Shown here: positions 38,391-52,600 of the stretch, piece after piece
How the letters are laid out: each line of letters starts with the position of its first letter
How positions within the stretch are numbered: position 1 is the stretch's first letter
NCBI GenBank assembly: GCA_043228905.1
Contig: JBHGNT010000022.1
Location: forward strand, 8,246,001-8,310,000
Length of the DNA stretch: 64,000 nucleotides
Direction of reading: 5' to 3'
Source of the DNA: Azolla caroliniana
Lineage: Eukaryota; Plantae; Polypodiophyta
Made by a program: the position numbers and the translations under genes
The notes under the pieces: generated by a model
What the model was told of the DNA's origin: nothing
The model's database searches: none
What the model saw: the letters and a program-made list of their open reading frames with translations, nothing else

Positions 38391-39805
38391 TAGCCAAGAA
38401 GAAGGTGATCCGAAGCCGAGATATTTTCTTTATGGAAGAGAAGACAATAGCCGACTGAGAGTTGGAGAAGAGTGTCAACATCAATTCAACCGTGAATAGG
38501 CCTCCAATTATCGATTCGAGCCGAGTTGATGATCGCCTGAATTGAATATCAGTCGATTCGACCAAAATCGGATACGAACTAGTCGACCGAACAGATAATC
38601 GACAAAGTCGAAAGTCGACTGAGGAATGAGGGAACCGGCTGAACAAGGATCTGAATCCAACTCGGATGAAGAGCCGATTGAAGAAATCGAACAAGAGTCG
38701 ATTACGGGGAATGAAGGTCGAAGCAAGCTCCCCAGCAATGGTACCGAAAGTTTGAATCCTTCATGGTGGATCACGGCTTCAACAAGACATAAGATGATCA
38801 TTGTGTGTTGTATGTTGATGATATGCTAATTGTCGGACAGGACCCGAAGAAAATCGGAAGTTTGAAGAAGGCCCTAAGAAAATCATTTGCAATGAAGGAT
38901 ATGGGTTCGGCAAAGCAAATCCTGGGGATGCACATTGTTCGGGATCGAACAAAGAAGTTGCTACGGTTGTCACGGGAGAAATATGTGACAAGGGTGATCT
39001 AGAGATTCAACATGCAAGATGCGAAACCAATCGGTTCGACACTACCGACAACTGGCAAGCTATCCGGAAGTCAATGTCTGAAGATGAAAGCGGGGAAAGC
39101 TAAGATGATGAAGGTCCCCTATGCCTCAGCAATCAGAAGCCTGATGTACGTGATGGTATGTACCAGGCTGGACATTGGATACGTTGTTGGAGTAGTCAGC
39201 CGATATATGAGCAATCCCAGAAGACAACATTGGGCAACGATCAAATGGCTACTTCGGTACCTAAGAGGCACCTCGAATGTGTGCCTCCAATTTGGTTCAA
39301 GTAATCCCACATAGGAAGGTTATACTAATTCAGACATGTCGGCTTATGCGGATACCAGTCGGTCCACGTCCGAATACGTAAGGACTTATGCAAGGGGAGT
39401 CATCTCATGGCAGTGGAGGCTGTAGAAGGTCGTAGCATTGTCGACCATGGAATCCGAGTACATGGCCGCTCGTCGAAGCTGGCAAGGAAGTCGTATGGAT
39501 GAAGGAGTTTATTGGTGAGTTGGGATTTTGGCAAGACGAATTCTGACTCTATTGTGACAACTAGAATGCCATCCACCTTGTGAAGAATGCCACCTACCAC
39601 TCAAGAAAAAAGCACATCCAGAGCAGATATCATTGGCTCTGAGAGCGAGTAGAAGAAAAGGACTTTCCTTTGATGAAGATCCACCTAGCAAAAAATGTAT
39701 TAGAAATGCTGACGAAGGTGCTACCAGCAGAAAAGTTGAACGTGTGCCAACAAAGGGTCGGATTAATGAAGTACCCCATGCCGGAATGAAGGGAGATTTT
39801 GTTGC
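38391..39805 (+). mobile_element. Copia family A-like 3' half (integrase end, RT, RNase H, PPT), inverted relative to the neighbouring 5' half
   Basis: LYVDDMLI, FAMKDMG, VPYASA, PPT-like GAATGAAGGGAGA followed by TGTTG. Confidence 0.82.
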
Positions 39806-39809
39806 GTAT

Positions 39810-42800
39810 CTACTTTTGAACTTCGAAGGGACCGATCCATCGATGCATGAGCGACTCGCTGAGGCCGCGACGACGGATGGGGAAATAGACGAGGACTTTG
39901 TCGTCGACGGGTATTGATGGTCGGCGCAGCCTACATCGTGTTGTCGTTTTTGGCGTAGCTGTGCTTGGTGTAGGTTGCTCGTGATGGCTTTGCGGAGGAG
40001 GGGCTGGAGTTGTTGCAGGTGGAACCACTAGGACACTTCATCAGAGTGGAGTCATGTGATTGGTTGCGGGACTGCCACTTCTGCGGGTAAGCGCGGGTCC
40101 CTTCCGTAAAGGGCCTGAAATGGGCTAATGCAAGTGGAGGCTTGCACAGTTGTGTTGTAGGCATGCATAATGAAGGGCAAGATCCAGTCCCAAGTCGAGT
40201 GCAGCAGATCGATGTAGGCCGAGATTTGTTGTTTTAAGGTTCGATTGAGGCGCTCCATCAATCCATTCGTCTACGGATGGTAGGGTGACGTGAATAATTG
40301 TTGGATTCCTAATTGTGTAGAAACTAGGTGTAGGAGCTCGATGTTGAACTAGGGTCCTCGATCGGACAAGATTTGGAGTGGGAAACCATGGGGGAAGATG
40401 ATTTTCTCCAATAGTTTGGAGGCGATGGTCATAGCCTTGGCATCTGGGATAGCAGCCGTCTCAGCCCAACACGTCAAGTACTCGGTTATGACGATGATGA
40501 ATTTGTTCCCTTCTTGTGACTCAGGAAAGGGGCCCATAATGTCCCATCTCACAATTTCAAATGGAGCTTGAACTTGTATCGGATGTAAGAGGCCTTGAGC
40601 CACTTGAGGTGATTTGATGGCCTGACATAAGTTGCATGATTTGATGTAGGAGGCGACCTCGTGGTGTAGCCCCGGCCAATAGAATTTGCAACGGATTTTG
40701 TCTAGCACCTTATGAAAACCCAAGTGGCCAGACAACGGGTGATCGTGGAAGAAACGAAGGTAAGACAAGCGCAGTTGCTCAGGCACGTAGACCCGGGGTT
40801 CCTTGCCTACTTAGCAAAAAAGCAGGACATTATCCTGGATCATGAATTGCTTGGTGAGGGATGATGTGGGCTCGGCTCGTAGGCGGTGGCAGATGTCTTG
40901 GATTTTTTTGTCGTGTTGTTGCATGTTGGCTATTTGGGACGAGGATATGGGGAAATCGATTGTGTAAGAGGCGATCTAGGTCGCCTGAAAGGATATGCGG
41001 GATAATTCATCAACGACGATGTTCTGGGGACCACAGCGATAGCGCAACATGAATGTGTAATCCTGTAGCGCCAAAACCCAACGGAGTAAGCGACCGGGTG
41101 GATGAGCCTTCTTTATGAGGGAGAGCAATGGCTGATGGTCGGTTTCGACTGATGTATTTGATCCGTGTAGGTATGGGTGGAAATGATGGAATGCCCAGAC
41201 GATGGTGAGCAACTCTTTTTCGGTTGTCAAGTAATTTTGTTCGGCTTTGGTAAGTGATCGACTTATGTAGGAATCGGGCATAGTTGGTCATTGTTATCGG
41301 ATTGGAGCAGGACCGCACCAAGGCCGACATTGGAGGCATCCGTCTGCAGACGGAAAGGCTTCGTGAAATCAAGGTGGGCGAGGAGGTCAGAGGCTTGGAG
41401 TGTTCACTTGAGCTGCAAGAAGCTGGATTCGCAGGCTTCGGTCCATAGGAAGGGTGTGTCTTTTTTCAAGAGCGCGCGTAGTGGGGCTGACAGGTCGGCT
41501 AACAGTGGGATGAAGCGGAGAGAGAACATGAGGAGGCCGAGTAAGCGTTGAAGCTGCTTGACAGTGGTGGGGCGGGGGAATTTTTTGACTGCTTCCGTCT
41601 TCTCTAGGTCCATCTGTACTCCATCGGAGGAGATGACGTACCCAAGGAAGCGGAGGCGCGTACTACCCCATCGACACTTCTTCCATTGCAGCTGCAATCG
41701 ATAGCGTTGAACACAAGTGAGGACCTCCCGAAGGACTTGAAGGTGTTCCACCCAAGTGCTTGTATGTATCAGAATATCATCTAGATAGACAATGACGACA
41801 CGACGGGTGATGAGATCATAGAAGATGGCGTTAGCCATTCGCTGGAATGTGCTCCCAACATCGGATAGGCCAAAGGGCATCCGTGTGAACTGAAAAATGT
41901 CTTTCCTAGTGCGGAATGCAGTTTTGTGGGCATCTTTAGGATTCATAGGGATCTGCTAATATCCCGAGGCCAGATTGAGGGAGGTGAAGTACTTTGATTT
42001 GCCGAGCTGGTCAAGGAGGTCGTCATTACGAGGGAGAGGATATCGATCATGGGTGGTGACATGGTTTAGTTGTCGGAAGTCGACACAAAAATGGTAAGAG
42101 CCATTCCCTTTCTTTACCATGTGTGGCTCCGAGATCCACTCACTCTTGGAAGGTGTGATAATCCCTTGTTGTAGCATAGTTTTGACGTTGTTGTCAATGC
42201 GCTCGTGGTCGAGAGGCGAGCGACGTCGAGGAGCTGCGTGGATGGGGCGGGCGTTGCCTGTAGGAATCGTGTGGCGGATCGGAAAACGGACCGAGGGAGG
42301 TTTTGCAAGTGGTGTAGACAACGAGGGAAAGGTGGCTAGGAGCCGTCGGATGTCGTGGATGCGCTCTGTCGGTGATACCAGGTACTGTGTGTTGCTGATG
42401 TGGGTGGTATCTTGCGGAGTAGTGAAGAGCGCGATCGGAAGGTGATTGGGGAGGATGAGATGTTGTGAGGAGAAATCGAGACAGGCTCGACTATGGAGGA
42501 ACCAATCACAACCTAGGGTGATTGCAAACAACTGGCACGAGAGGACGTAGAAACGATGTTGGATCTGGGCGGAACTGATGGTGAACATGCACATGACTTG
42601 CGTATGTGAGTGGTACACCCGTTGTTGGTCGCCGAAGAGGATTTTAATGGGCGGTGCGTGGCTCGTGGGAAGTTGTAATTGGGTGACTAAATCTGCGCTG
42701 ATGGAAGAGATGTTGTTGCCGAAGTCGAGGAGAACTTCTTGGGTTGTGTGTTGGAGGCGGGCGAAGTTGATGACGTGGAGGCGTGGAAATCCAGGGTCGG

Positions 42801-43869
42801 CTCGATTGTGGTATAAATGGGAGAAGTTGATTACGTGGAGGCGTGGACGTGTGGGAGCGGCTCTCCCTGCGGCACCCCGCGCATTAGTTTTCCAGGAGCT
42901 CAGAGAGGGAGGCAGCGTCTGCAGCTTTGATGCGTTGGACGGTGAGGATGGCTTCGTGTAGTGTCGTCGGGCCTTGATCACGTACACGGCGGTGGAGGTC
43001 ATGTCGGATACGCGGCGAGAAGAAAAACAACTTCATGTCTTCTGACATGTTGGCGTCAGCTCGGCGTAGGATCTGCACAAACCGAACCACGAACTGGGTG
43101 ATGGGTTCGCGCGGCTGTTGGGAAATTGACTCGAGTTGTTGTAGGGCCGTCTAGCGGGAGTCTTGATGAGCAAAATTCCGAATCATGGCTGCACGTAACA
43201 GATCCCAGTCGTTGCGTGTCTCTTCGGGTTGTTGTATGAGTCATGTTGCTGCGATATTCTCGAGGAGTGTCTTCATTTCCATTGCCTTCCAGGGGTGTGG
43301 CCACTAGTGGTAACTGGCCACCATTTCGAAATGATCCAACCAAGAGAGGACGTCTTCCAATGGTAGGCCGGAGAATGGTTTTGGGCGAACTCGAGGGTCC
43401 GGGAGATTCTGTTGTGGCTCGGATCGTGCTGAAAGAAATGACAACATGGCTTGGTTAGTATGGTTAACTTGTAAAATAATGTTGGACATGGCTTGAACCA
43501 GTTGGTCGATTGGCGATGTGGGTTGATGGTCTTGAATTTGTTGTTGGAGGAATTCCGGATTCATTGAGTTTGCGTTGCCGCCGTTGTTGTCGTGTTGCAT
43601 CGTGGTGTGTGTTGTTGGGGTCGTGAATTGGGGTTGCTTTTCCTGTCTTCTCCACCAAGATGTGAAATGCTCAAGATGTGAAATGCTCTCAAGAATAGCC
43701 TCCCATCCATTATGTTCTAAGTTACATTTTATAGACTACTCTTAGCATGGAGGGTGTTCTCCCGCTCCAATTAGCTCTTCTAATTATGGGGCTCGGTAGG
43801 GGCCTAATTTGGGTGTGGTTCATGTGGCGGTAGGGGCCTAATTTGGGTGTGGTCCATGTGACCACCACA
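39810..43869 (-). mobile_element. Short-LTR Ty3/gypsy (LTR 43661-43869, tRNA-Ala-like PBS), decayed, 3' end lost
   Basis: PBS TGGTGGAGAAG on the minus strand; FCVDFRQLN, YLDDILI, TDASNVGLGAVL, HDHPLSGHLG..CNLC, WDIMGPF. Confidence 0.9.
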
Positions 43870-43872
43870 ATA

Positions 43873-44082
43873 TGTCAAAGGCTTTGCAAAAGTCCATAAA
43901 ACCACAATATAATTTCCTCTTGTGAGCCTTGATCGAGTTAATTAACCATCTATGTTTGAAGATATGGTCAATAGTAGAGAAGGCTTGTCTATACCCAAAC
44001 TATTTGGGTGCTTCCATTACTGTACCATATAGTTTCGTGAGCATACGACCAATCATAAGGTCTTATATGTATTTGGGTCCAT
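43873..44082 (-). repeat. Second copy of the LINE RT segment 36096-36305
   Basis: Direct repeat of about 210 bp. Confidence 0.9.
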
Positions 44083-47000
44083 GGATGTGCCGAGTAGCGT
44101 GTGGAAGCTTGTACAAACAACTGCTTACAACCAGATAGCAAAAGAAAGTAAACAAAGGTTTAATAGAAACTTTGATAACACGCAAAGAACTCAGGAGAAA
44201 CACAGAGAGAAAAACACACAAATACTCTATTTCAAAATAATACTCTATCTGTGTATCTACAAGTGTGCTTTGTGAGTCCTTAAAAGGACTGACATAAGTA
44301 TTGACATATATTTCAATGCTCATGACTAAGCTACTGACACTAACTCCCAAACATATGCATATCTGCTAGGCTAGGCTTGTAGGCCTCTAACGGCCTGCCG
44401 GTTCTTGTGGATCCGGCTCACCGATTTGGCTCTTCGATAGGTCTTTACCCGATCCGGCTCTCGGCTTGTTCAACCAATCCTTCTGCTCTGCCGGTTTCTT
44501 GCCTCGGCTTCTCCTAGCGTCTTCACGCCTTGTTCATGCCTCTCGTCCAACTCGTTCTTGCATTCCATGACCCCTTTGGTCCAACGCTTCTCGACCCATC
44601 CGTGTCCGCGCATCTCGACTCCTACGGTCGGCTTGTGTGCTCATAAGGCCCATCTCAGCTCCTTCATTGTCCTGGTATTGGCTCCCCTTGACCCGTCGGT
44701 TCGGTGTCGGCTTTGGTTGCCTTCTCTTCCAAATGGCCGTGATGTGATTCGACTCGTCCAAATCAAGCTGCTCAACCAAATCAGTTTTCTCTGATTCGTC
44801 ATCTGTCTATAGACCTTTGACCACATCCAACGATGTCTTGGTCTTGTCTTTCATCTTCCAGTCGGCTCTGTCCTTCTTGACCTTACCACAATAACCGCTT
44901 GTTCTGACTCTATTAGATGTGCCGACTTCTTTAGTCGACTCGGGTCCATTTTTCTTGGATGCTCCCCCTGTTTCGCTCTCCTTCTCCTTCTCTCCGGTTG
45001 CTTCTCCTATGCTTTTACCTGTTTTTCCTGTTCCTGTTCTCCCCCTCAAGTATGGCACATTGAGATGTTGTAGCCCAAGCATCTCCCAAAAGTGTTGCAA
45101 CTTGTCCGATCCGAGCGCCTTGGTGAAGATGTCAGCAACCTGCCGATCGGTTCAAACATACTGGAGTTCAACTTCACCGCTCAAGACCGGCTCGCACACA
45201 AAGTGATAATGTGAGCATGGAACGCGAGGTTCTTGGCCAACTACATGCTACTGATGTTGTCGAAGTAGATCGGGATCAAAGTCGGTACTTCAATCTAGAG
45301 GTCTTACAACAGCCGCCGAAGCCAAATGGCTTCACAGGTCACGACAATAGCTCCTTTGAATTCAGCCTGAATGCTTGACAGAGCCAATGTTGGTCGCTTC
45401 TTACTGCTCCACACAACAACTCGCGTCCGAGAGAAAACATGAATCCAGATGTTGACTGACGATCTAATGCATCACCGGCCTAGTTGGCATAAGTTCAACT
45501 CGTTGTTCGGCTATACCGTGTTGGTACAACAATCCCCAATCCTTAGTGCTACTCACGTATCACAATAGTCGATGCAAGAAATGAAGGTGCTCAGCGCTCA
45601 GTCACTGCATGAATAGGCAAATCACTCCGACTGGAAAGCTGATGTTGGGTCGGGTGATAGTCATGTATATGAGGCTTCCGACAATTTGTCAGAACCATTT
45701 CTCGCTGCAGGCCATTCTGGAGTCGGGACGTAACTTTAGATTACGGTCAAGGGGTGGCGAGACGGGTCGGCAATCCATCATATCGATCTTGAACTGCATA
45801 TTCAGAACATAATGTCTCTGGACAACAATATGTCATCGGGGGTGTGGATCACTTCGATCTCGAGGAAGGAGTGAAGGTCCCCTAGGTCCTTTATTTCACA
45901 TGCGTCAGACAACTAGGACTTGACTCGGTCGATTTCAGCAAGTTCAGGTTCGATAACAACCAAGTCGTCAACATATAGCATAATGCACATTGGACCATTC
46001 CGAATGAACAACAAAGAGTCAGACTTGGACGCCGCAAACCCCATCTTATGGAACCGATGCGTGATCTTCGAATTCCAAGCACACGGGGGCTCACTTCAGG
46101 CCGTAAAGTGACTTCTTCAGTCGGCACACTGCCGACTTGTTCAATTCTAATTGAAATCCGGGGGGTTGGACCATGTACACTTGTTCTTCAAGGTCATCTT
46201 GAAGAAACGTGTTCTTCACATCCATTTGGTGGAGATGCAACTGCCTTGCCGTTGTGACTGCCAACACCGCACAGACTTTTGTCATCTTCACTACCGGCAT
46301 GAAGGTCTCTGTAAAGAATATGTGGAATAATGCTCGGCCACAACCAAATCTTCAATCACTTAGTTGAGAATTACAATCACAGAAATGGGAATGTAGAGAT
46401 AGATACACGTATACACAAAAACTGAAAAAAGAGTACACAGTATGTTTTCGTGGAAAACCCTAAATGGGAAAAACCACGGGACTCCACAAACTCCAACTAT
46501 CACTATGTAAGGAGAATACAATAGAGGAACACAGAGGCCACGACCTCTTGCTCTCAATCTTTTCCTAACGGCAGTTACAACAGAGACACACTCTGTATCG
46601 CTCTCTCTCCCTCTCTCTGTTACGCTCTGTACAATACTTACACCAATAACTCTATACAATCATCCACTACGACTTCACCTCTATTTGCCCTAGGTCATAT
46701 TTATACTAATATGACTTTCGGGCTATTTACAAATGTAACCACAATGGGCTAACAAAGACATATTTACATATATGTCCCTTCATTCGGTGAGAGGTTCTCA
46801 CCGGGCCTGCGTCATCCAGTTCTAACCAGGTCTTCCTTGCCGGGTACTCATCATCCCATCCGGAGGGACCGAAATCCTAACAAACTCCCCCTTCACTCCG
46901 GCATGGGATTCCTCGTCAGTCTGATCCGCTTCTGGCATGCGTCCATCTTGTCTAGTGTCAGCACCTTGTTCAGCATATCCAACCCGTTCTCCTCCATGTG

Positions 47001-47927
47001 GATTTTCGTCAGCACGAACTCTCGATCTTCTACTCGCTCCCAGATCCAGTGGTACCTGCGTTCGATGTGCTTCGTCCGAGAATGGTAGGCCGCATTCTTT
47101 GCAAGGTGGATGGCACTCTCACTATCGCAGTAGAGCTAGAATTCGTCTTGCCGGATCCCTAGCTCTCCGATGAAGTACGTCATCCATAATATTTTCTTGC
47201 CGGCTTCCACAACCGCCATGTACTCCGCCTTCGTGGTTGACAATGCAACCATCTTTTGCAGCCTCGACTGCCACGAAACAGCTCCCCCTGCATATGTCAT
47301 AACATATCCCGATGTTGACCAGCTGATATCCGCATCAGCCGACATATCCGAAACGATGAAACCGTCAAGTTGGGGTTTACTGGAGCTGAATTGGAGACAC
47401 ATACTTGAGGTGCCTTTCAAGTATCTGAGTATCCATTTTACCGCATTCCAGTGCTCCTTGCCAGGATTGCTCATAAACCAGCTCACCACTCTGATTGCGT
47501 ATCCGATATCCGGTCGAGTACACACCATTGCGTACCGTTGCCGGGGAGCTTGTTTTAAACCGTAAAGGCCCTTCTTCTATCGGCAAACCAGGTGCTCCTT
47601 CCTTTTATTCACAAATCCCTCCGGTTGCTGCATTTAGATCTCCTCATCGAGGTCGCCGTGGAGGAACGTCGTCTTCACGTGTAACTGCTCTACCTCGAGG
47701 TCCATGCTTGCCTCTATGCTCAGCACCGTCCGGATGGAAATCATCTTTACTACCGAGGCACATATCTCGTCGAAGTCCACGCCCTTCTTCTATTGGAACC
47801 CCTTCACCATGATCCTGGCTTTGTATCTTGGGGGGTTGTCGGCATTTCCCAGTTTCAGCTTGTACACCCACTTGTTTCAGAGTGCCCTCTTTCCTTTTGG
47901 CAACTCCACCAATTTATACGTGTGGTT

Positions 47928-48677
47928 TGTTGGGAGACAGGTCCCTCCGGATGAGAAGGGAGAAGAACAGTGCTCATGAACAATCTCGGCCGAGGCCGAT
48001 AGGCCGAGGTCGAAACCGGATGAGGAGTACCCGGCTACGGAGAGCCGCATGGTGTAGACCCGGTATGAACCGGATGAGGAGTACCCGGCTACGGAGAGCC
48101 GGATGGTGCAGACCCGGTATGAACCGGATGAGGAGTACCCGGCTACGGAGAGCCGGATGGTGCAGCCCCGGTATGAACTGAATGAGGAGTACCCGGCTAC
48201 GGAGAGCTGGATGGTGCAGACCCGGTATGAACCGGATGAAGAGACATATTCGTAAATATGTTTCTGAGAGTCCATCGAGGCTATATTTGTAAATAGCCGA
48301 AAAGTCATATTAGTATAAATATGACTTAGGGCAAACTTTTAGTTGTTGGTTGCTCTTATTATTTCTTGTCTACGTGAGATCAGAGCGCGCAACAGTGTGC
48401 AGAGAGAGAGAGAGAGAAAGAGGTCGTTGCCTCTGTTGTAACTGCCGCGTGTGGCGAAGATCTGTGAGCACTAGGTTGTTGCCTCAGTGAACTCACTGTT
48501 GTACATACTAATCTAGTGATAGTTTGCAGCCTGTGGGCTGCCGTGGTTTTTTCCTAGTTTGGGGTTTTCCACGTTAAACATCCTGCGTGCTCTTCTCTCC
48601 CATTGTGTCGTTCTTTATTTCCCGTTTTCTGTGTATGATCCTAAGCTCGGTTGTGGCCGAGCGTTGAGTTCCCGTCA
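47928..48677 (+). mobile_element. Solo LTR (same family as 10904-11681)
   Basis: Perfect TSD TGGTT; TG..CA ends; 54-bp repeats. Confidence 0.95.
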
Positions 48678-49603
48678 TGGTTCTCATGCAAGGAATCCAT
48701 CTCGTCCTGCATGGAATCCATCTTCGAAGCTTTCCAACTCCCGCTCATCGGTTAGCAACACGCGCTCTGCATCTGGAAATCTCTAGGGGGCCCTTCTCTC
48801 TCTGAGAGGATATTTGTGTCTTTGATTTCCGGCAACTGGCTCCTCTATTTGTTCTTCATCCGAATCTGATTCAGGATCTTGGCCGGTTCCGGTTCCTGCT
48901 TCCTCTTCTTCTTCTGCTGGTTCGGTGTCCTCTCTAGAACCGGCCGGTTCTTCAAGTGTCAACCGGCTCTTAGCCGGGTAGGTCCGTATCTCATCGAACC
49001 GATCCTTACCAGTCGACTCAGATTTCATTATCTTCTTCTCCGACTCCCAGTCGGCAAGGGTCTTGTCCTCCATGAAGATAATATCTCGACTCTGAAACAC
49101 CTTCTTCTTGACGGGGTCCCACACTCGGTAACCAAACTCATCATCGCCGTATCCGAGGAATATGCAAGGCCGGGACTTTGGATCCAACTTTGCTCTCCGG
49201 TCCTTTGCAACATGCACATAAGCGAGACACCCGAACACCTTCAAGTGCCGGTAAGACACTTCCTTACCGGTCCATACTCTCTGTGGCATGTCTCCGTCCA
49301 AGGGCACTGAGGGTGATCTGTTTATCACATACGTCATTGTCAACAACGCCTCAGCCCAAAACGTCTTGGGTAGCTTAGCATGTGCTAGCATACTCCGGAC
49401 CCTCTCCATTATGGTCTGGTTCATCCTCTCGACCAGCCCATTTAGTTCCGGTGTCTTCGGCATGGTAAATAGGAGCCGGATTCTTTCGAGTAGCAATACT
49501 CCTCAAACTGCCCCCTGTATTCTCCTCCGTTATCTGCTCGAACCGCCTTCAGCTTCCGGCCAGTTTCTCTTTCCACTCTCGTGTGGAGCTCCTTGAAGAC
49601 AGA

Positions 49604-52600
49604 TGTTGAGTGACAAGCTCAACCGGATCCGGATCCGCTAAATAAGCCTGAGCCGGATCGGTGACCCGGTGAGCTGGGCAGCCAGTTAGCCAGATCCATC
49701 AGTAACCGGAAGCCTAGTAGCAACTAGACTACTAGGGAGTTAATAGTCTCGTAGTCAGTGCCAGACGCTCGAGTGAGCATTGAAGTACATGGTACTTCTG
49801 TCAGTCCTCTCAGGACTTGTATAAATAGTGCTGTTGAGCACATTTCATGTATAGAGGATTATTATTGTTTTGAAAAAATAGCTTTTATGTTCTACTCATT
49901 CTCTGTCTCTCCCGCGTATTGTAAAGCTCTCCATTAAACCTATTTTCTATTGCTTCCGCACGCTATTTGTTTCTACATGGTATCAGAGCGTGAGGGTTGA
50001 GAACCTCTGCAGCCGACATTCGCTTTCGCAAGAAGAAAACCTAACCCTTGCAAAGAACAAAAAAAAAAACAAATGGATAGAGGAATGACTAGCTCGCTCC
50101 CGGTGGAGAAGCTCGACAAATCCAACTACGCATCTTGGTCATACAAGATGCACCAGTACCTGCTTGGGCATGGTTACTAGAGCTATGTCGACGGAGCTAA
50201 CGACACAACACCTGATGCGGCACACAAGGACTTCCCAGTGTGGGAACAAGCGGCAAGCAGAGTGATGTATTCCTTCGCGTCCAGTCTCAGAGACTAGTTG
50301 CTAAGCCATATCCGAGATGCCAAGACGCCAAAAGAAGCTTGGGGAAACCTGAAGAAGGTTTTCTCTGCAAGCACAACGGCCAAGAAGCTGCAGCTCAGGC
50401 AGGAGCTCAACAATGTCCAACAGAAAAATCTGTCTGTGGCTGATTATACAGCCCGAATCAAGGAAATTTATGACTCTCTCGCCTCCGTCAATGTAAACGT
50501 TCAGGAAGACGAGATGGTGCAAGGGTGCCTTGGTGGGTTAGCGTCCAGGTTCGGAGCTCTCCGAACGGCAGTCTGTACGAGGGAGAATACGCCGTCATTT
50601 TTCGACTTACAATCGATGCTCCTTGTAGAGGAGAATCACGCCGGTGCGTCAACAGGTCCACCCACCGACAGTTGGATGTTGTACATGGAGGCGGATCGAT
50701 CCCGTGGGCGTGGTGGACGAGGCAGGTCGGCTCGCAATGGTAGCAGCCGGCAAGAGCAGGACCGAAGGCACAAAGAGCGTGTCCACAGCAGGGGGAGTCA
50801 AGGTGGCGCCGGAAGCCGGCAATCAAAGGCTGACACGAAATGCTGGTACTGTAGTAAAAAGGGCCACCGAGAAAGTGAGTGTTGGAAGAAGCGCGATGAT
50901 TCGGACAGATCCGGATCCGGCAAGGCCGGCAGAGAGAACCGACAATACTCGCACTACGCAGAAGGATCGAGAGGATCCAAAACCGGAAAAACCGGTAAAG
51001 GGCCAACCTTGATGATGAAACACAAGGCTAACTCGATGAAGAAGACCACTTCCAAGTCGGAGGAAGTGTGGTATGTTAATTCCAGTGCGTCGAATCACAT
51101 GACGAGCCACAAAGAGTGGTTCTCTGAAATGGAACAACTAGGAGTCGTCGAAACCGGAGACGACACTCCACACCCAATCGTACATATCAGAGAAGTCCCT
51201 TTGAGACATGTCGGACAAAGGGGGAAGCTGATGAATGTATTACACGTTCTGACTATCACGAAGAACTTCGTGTCGGTCGGACAGATCGTCGACCAGGGAA
51301 TGTAGGCGCGGTTTACGCACCTCGAGTGCTTCATCGAGGAGGAGGGCCAGATCATTGCGCAAGGGCACAGAGACGAGAGGAGGTTCATCCTCGACACCAA
51401 TAACGTCGGCATCGCTTTGTTTGCCAAAGGACAGAAGATCGAATCAGATATTGATCTCTAGCACAAGCGGATCGGCCACGTCAATTACCGGAGGCTTCAA
51501 GGCCTACAAACGAAACAAGTTATTTTCGGTTTGCCGACATTCAGTGGCAGGAAGGCCCCCAAGTGTGTGAAGCCTGCCAACTCCGGAAGCAACACCGGCT
51601 TCCATTCCCCACTGAACGAAACCGGAGCTGTAACAAGCTCGACCTAATCCATTCGAAAGTATGGGGACCGGCATTAAGCGTTAGTCTTGGCGGGAGTCGA
51701 TATTTCCTCTCCTTCATCGACGACTATAGCCAGCACACATGGATCTACCTGATTGAGCGGAAGAGTGAAGTCTTTGAGTGTTTCTGAAAAATACAAAGCC
51801 TAGTTGAACGGTAAACTGAGAGGAAGATCAAGTGCCTGCAGTCGGATGGCGGAAAAGAATATTTTTCTGGCCAATTCAACAGGAATTCGGCGAGAGTTCA
51901 GCTGCAGATACACACCAAAACAGAACTGTGTGGCCGAGAGGAAGAACCGGTCGCTTATCGACGCGGCAAGGGCGATGCTAGAGGAGAAGAGCATGCCCAA
52001 ATTCTACTAGGCGGAGGCGGTCTGGACGGCCGTCTATATCCAAAACCGGATCGGTGACAAGGTGTCCGCGCATGAGCATATGTGCATGTGTCGGATGAGA
52101 AGCGAAGGAAGTTGGATGCAAACTCGGTCTATACGAGGGAGAATTCGGATATTCGGCAGCGTAGCATATGTGCATGTGTAGAATGAAAATCGGAGGAAGT
52201 TGGATGCAAACTCGGAGAAATGCATCCTAGTCGGTTACTCGCATGAGCAAAAGGGGTATAAATGTTATAACCTCCAGACGAAGCAGGTCCGAGTTAGCCG
52301 GGATGTTGAGTTTGATGAGACGGCATCATGGTATGCCTTACTGGCTCCGACTTCCGACCCCTACCCGATACCGGAGGATGAGGCTAGCGAGCCTGAACCG
52401 GTCTAGTTAGAAGATGAAGACGTCGGCACTCTAGAAGAGAGTCCGATCTCATTTCGGTTAAGTGGACCGAATGAGCGGCTAAGTCGAGATGACCAATCAG
52501 ATGAGGAACCGGCGAGTAGTGGAGATTCTGCCGTGCTCTCCCCACGCAAGGAGAAGGGGAAGAAGAAGATGTCGGAATACGAAACCGGCAACGCTGAGTT

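Noticed and set aside
47532-47550. CCGTTGCCGGGGAG looks like an Athila tRNA-Asp PBS
   Set aside because: It is the reverse complement of copia RT (LKQAPRQRY) at an internal deletion junction.
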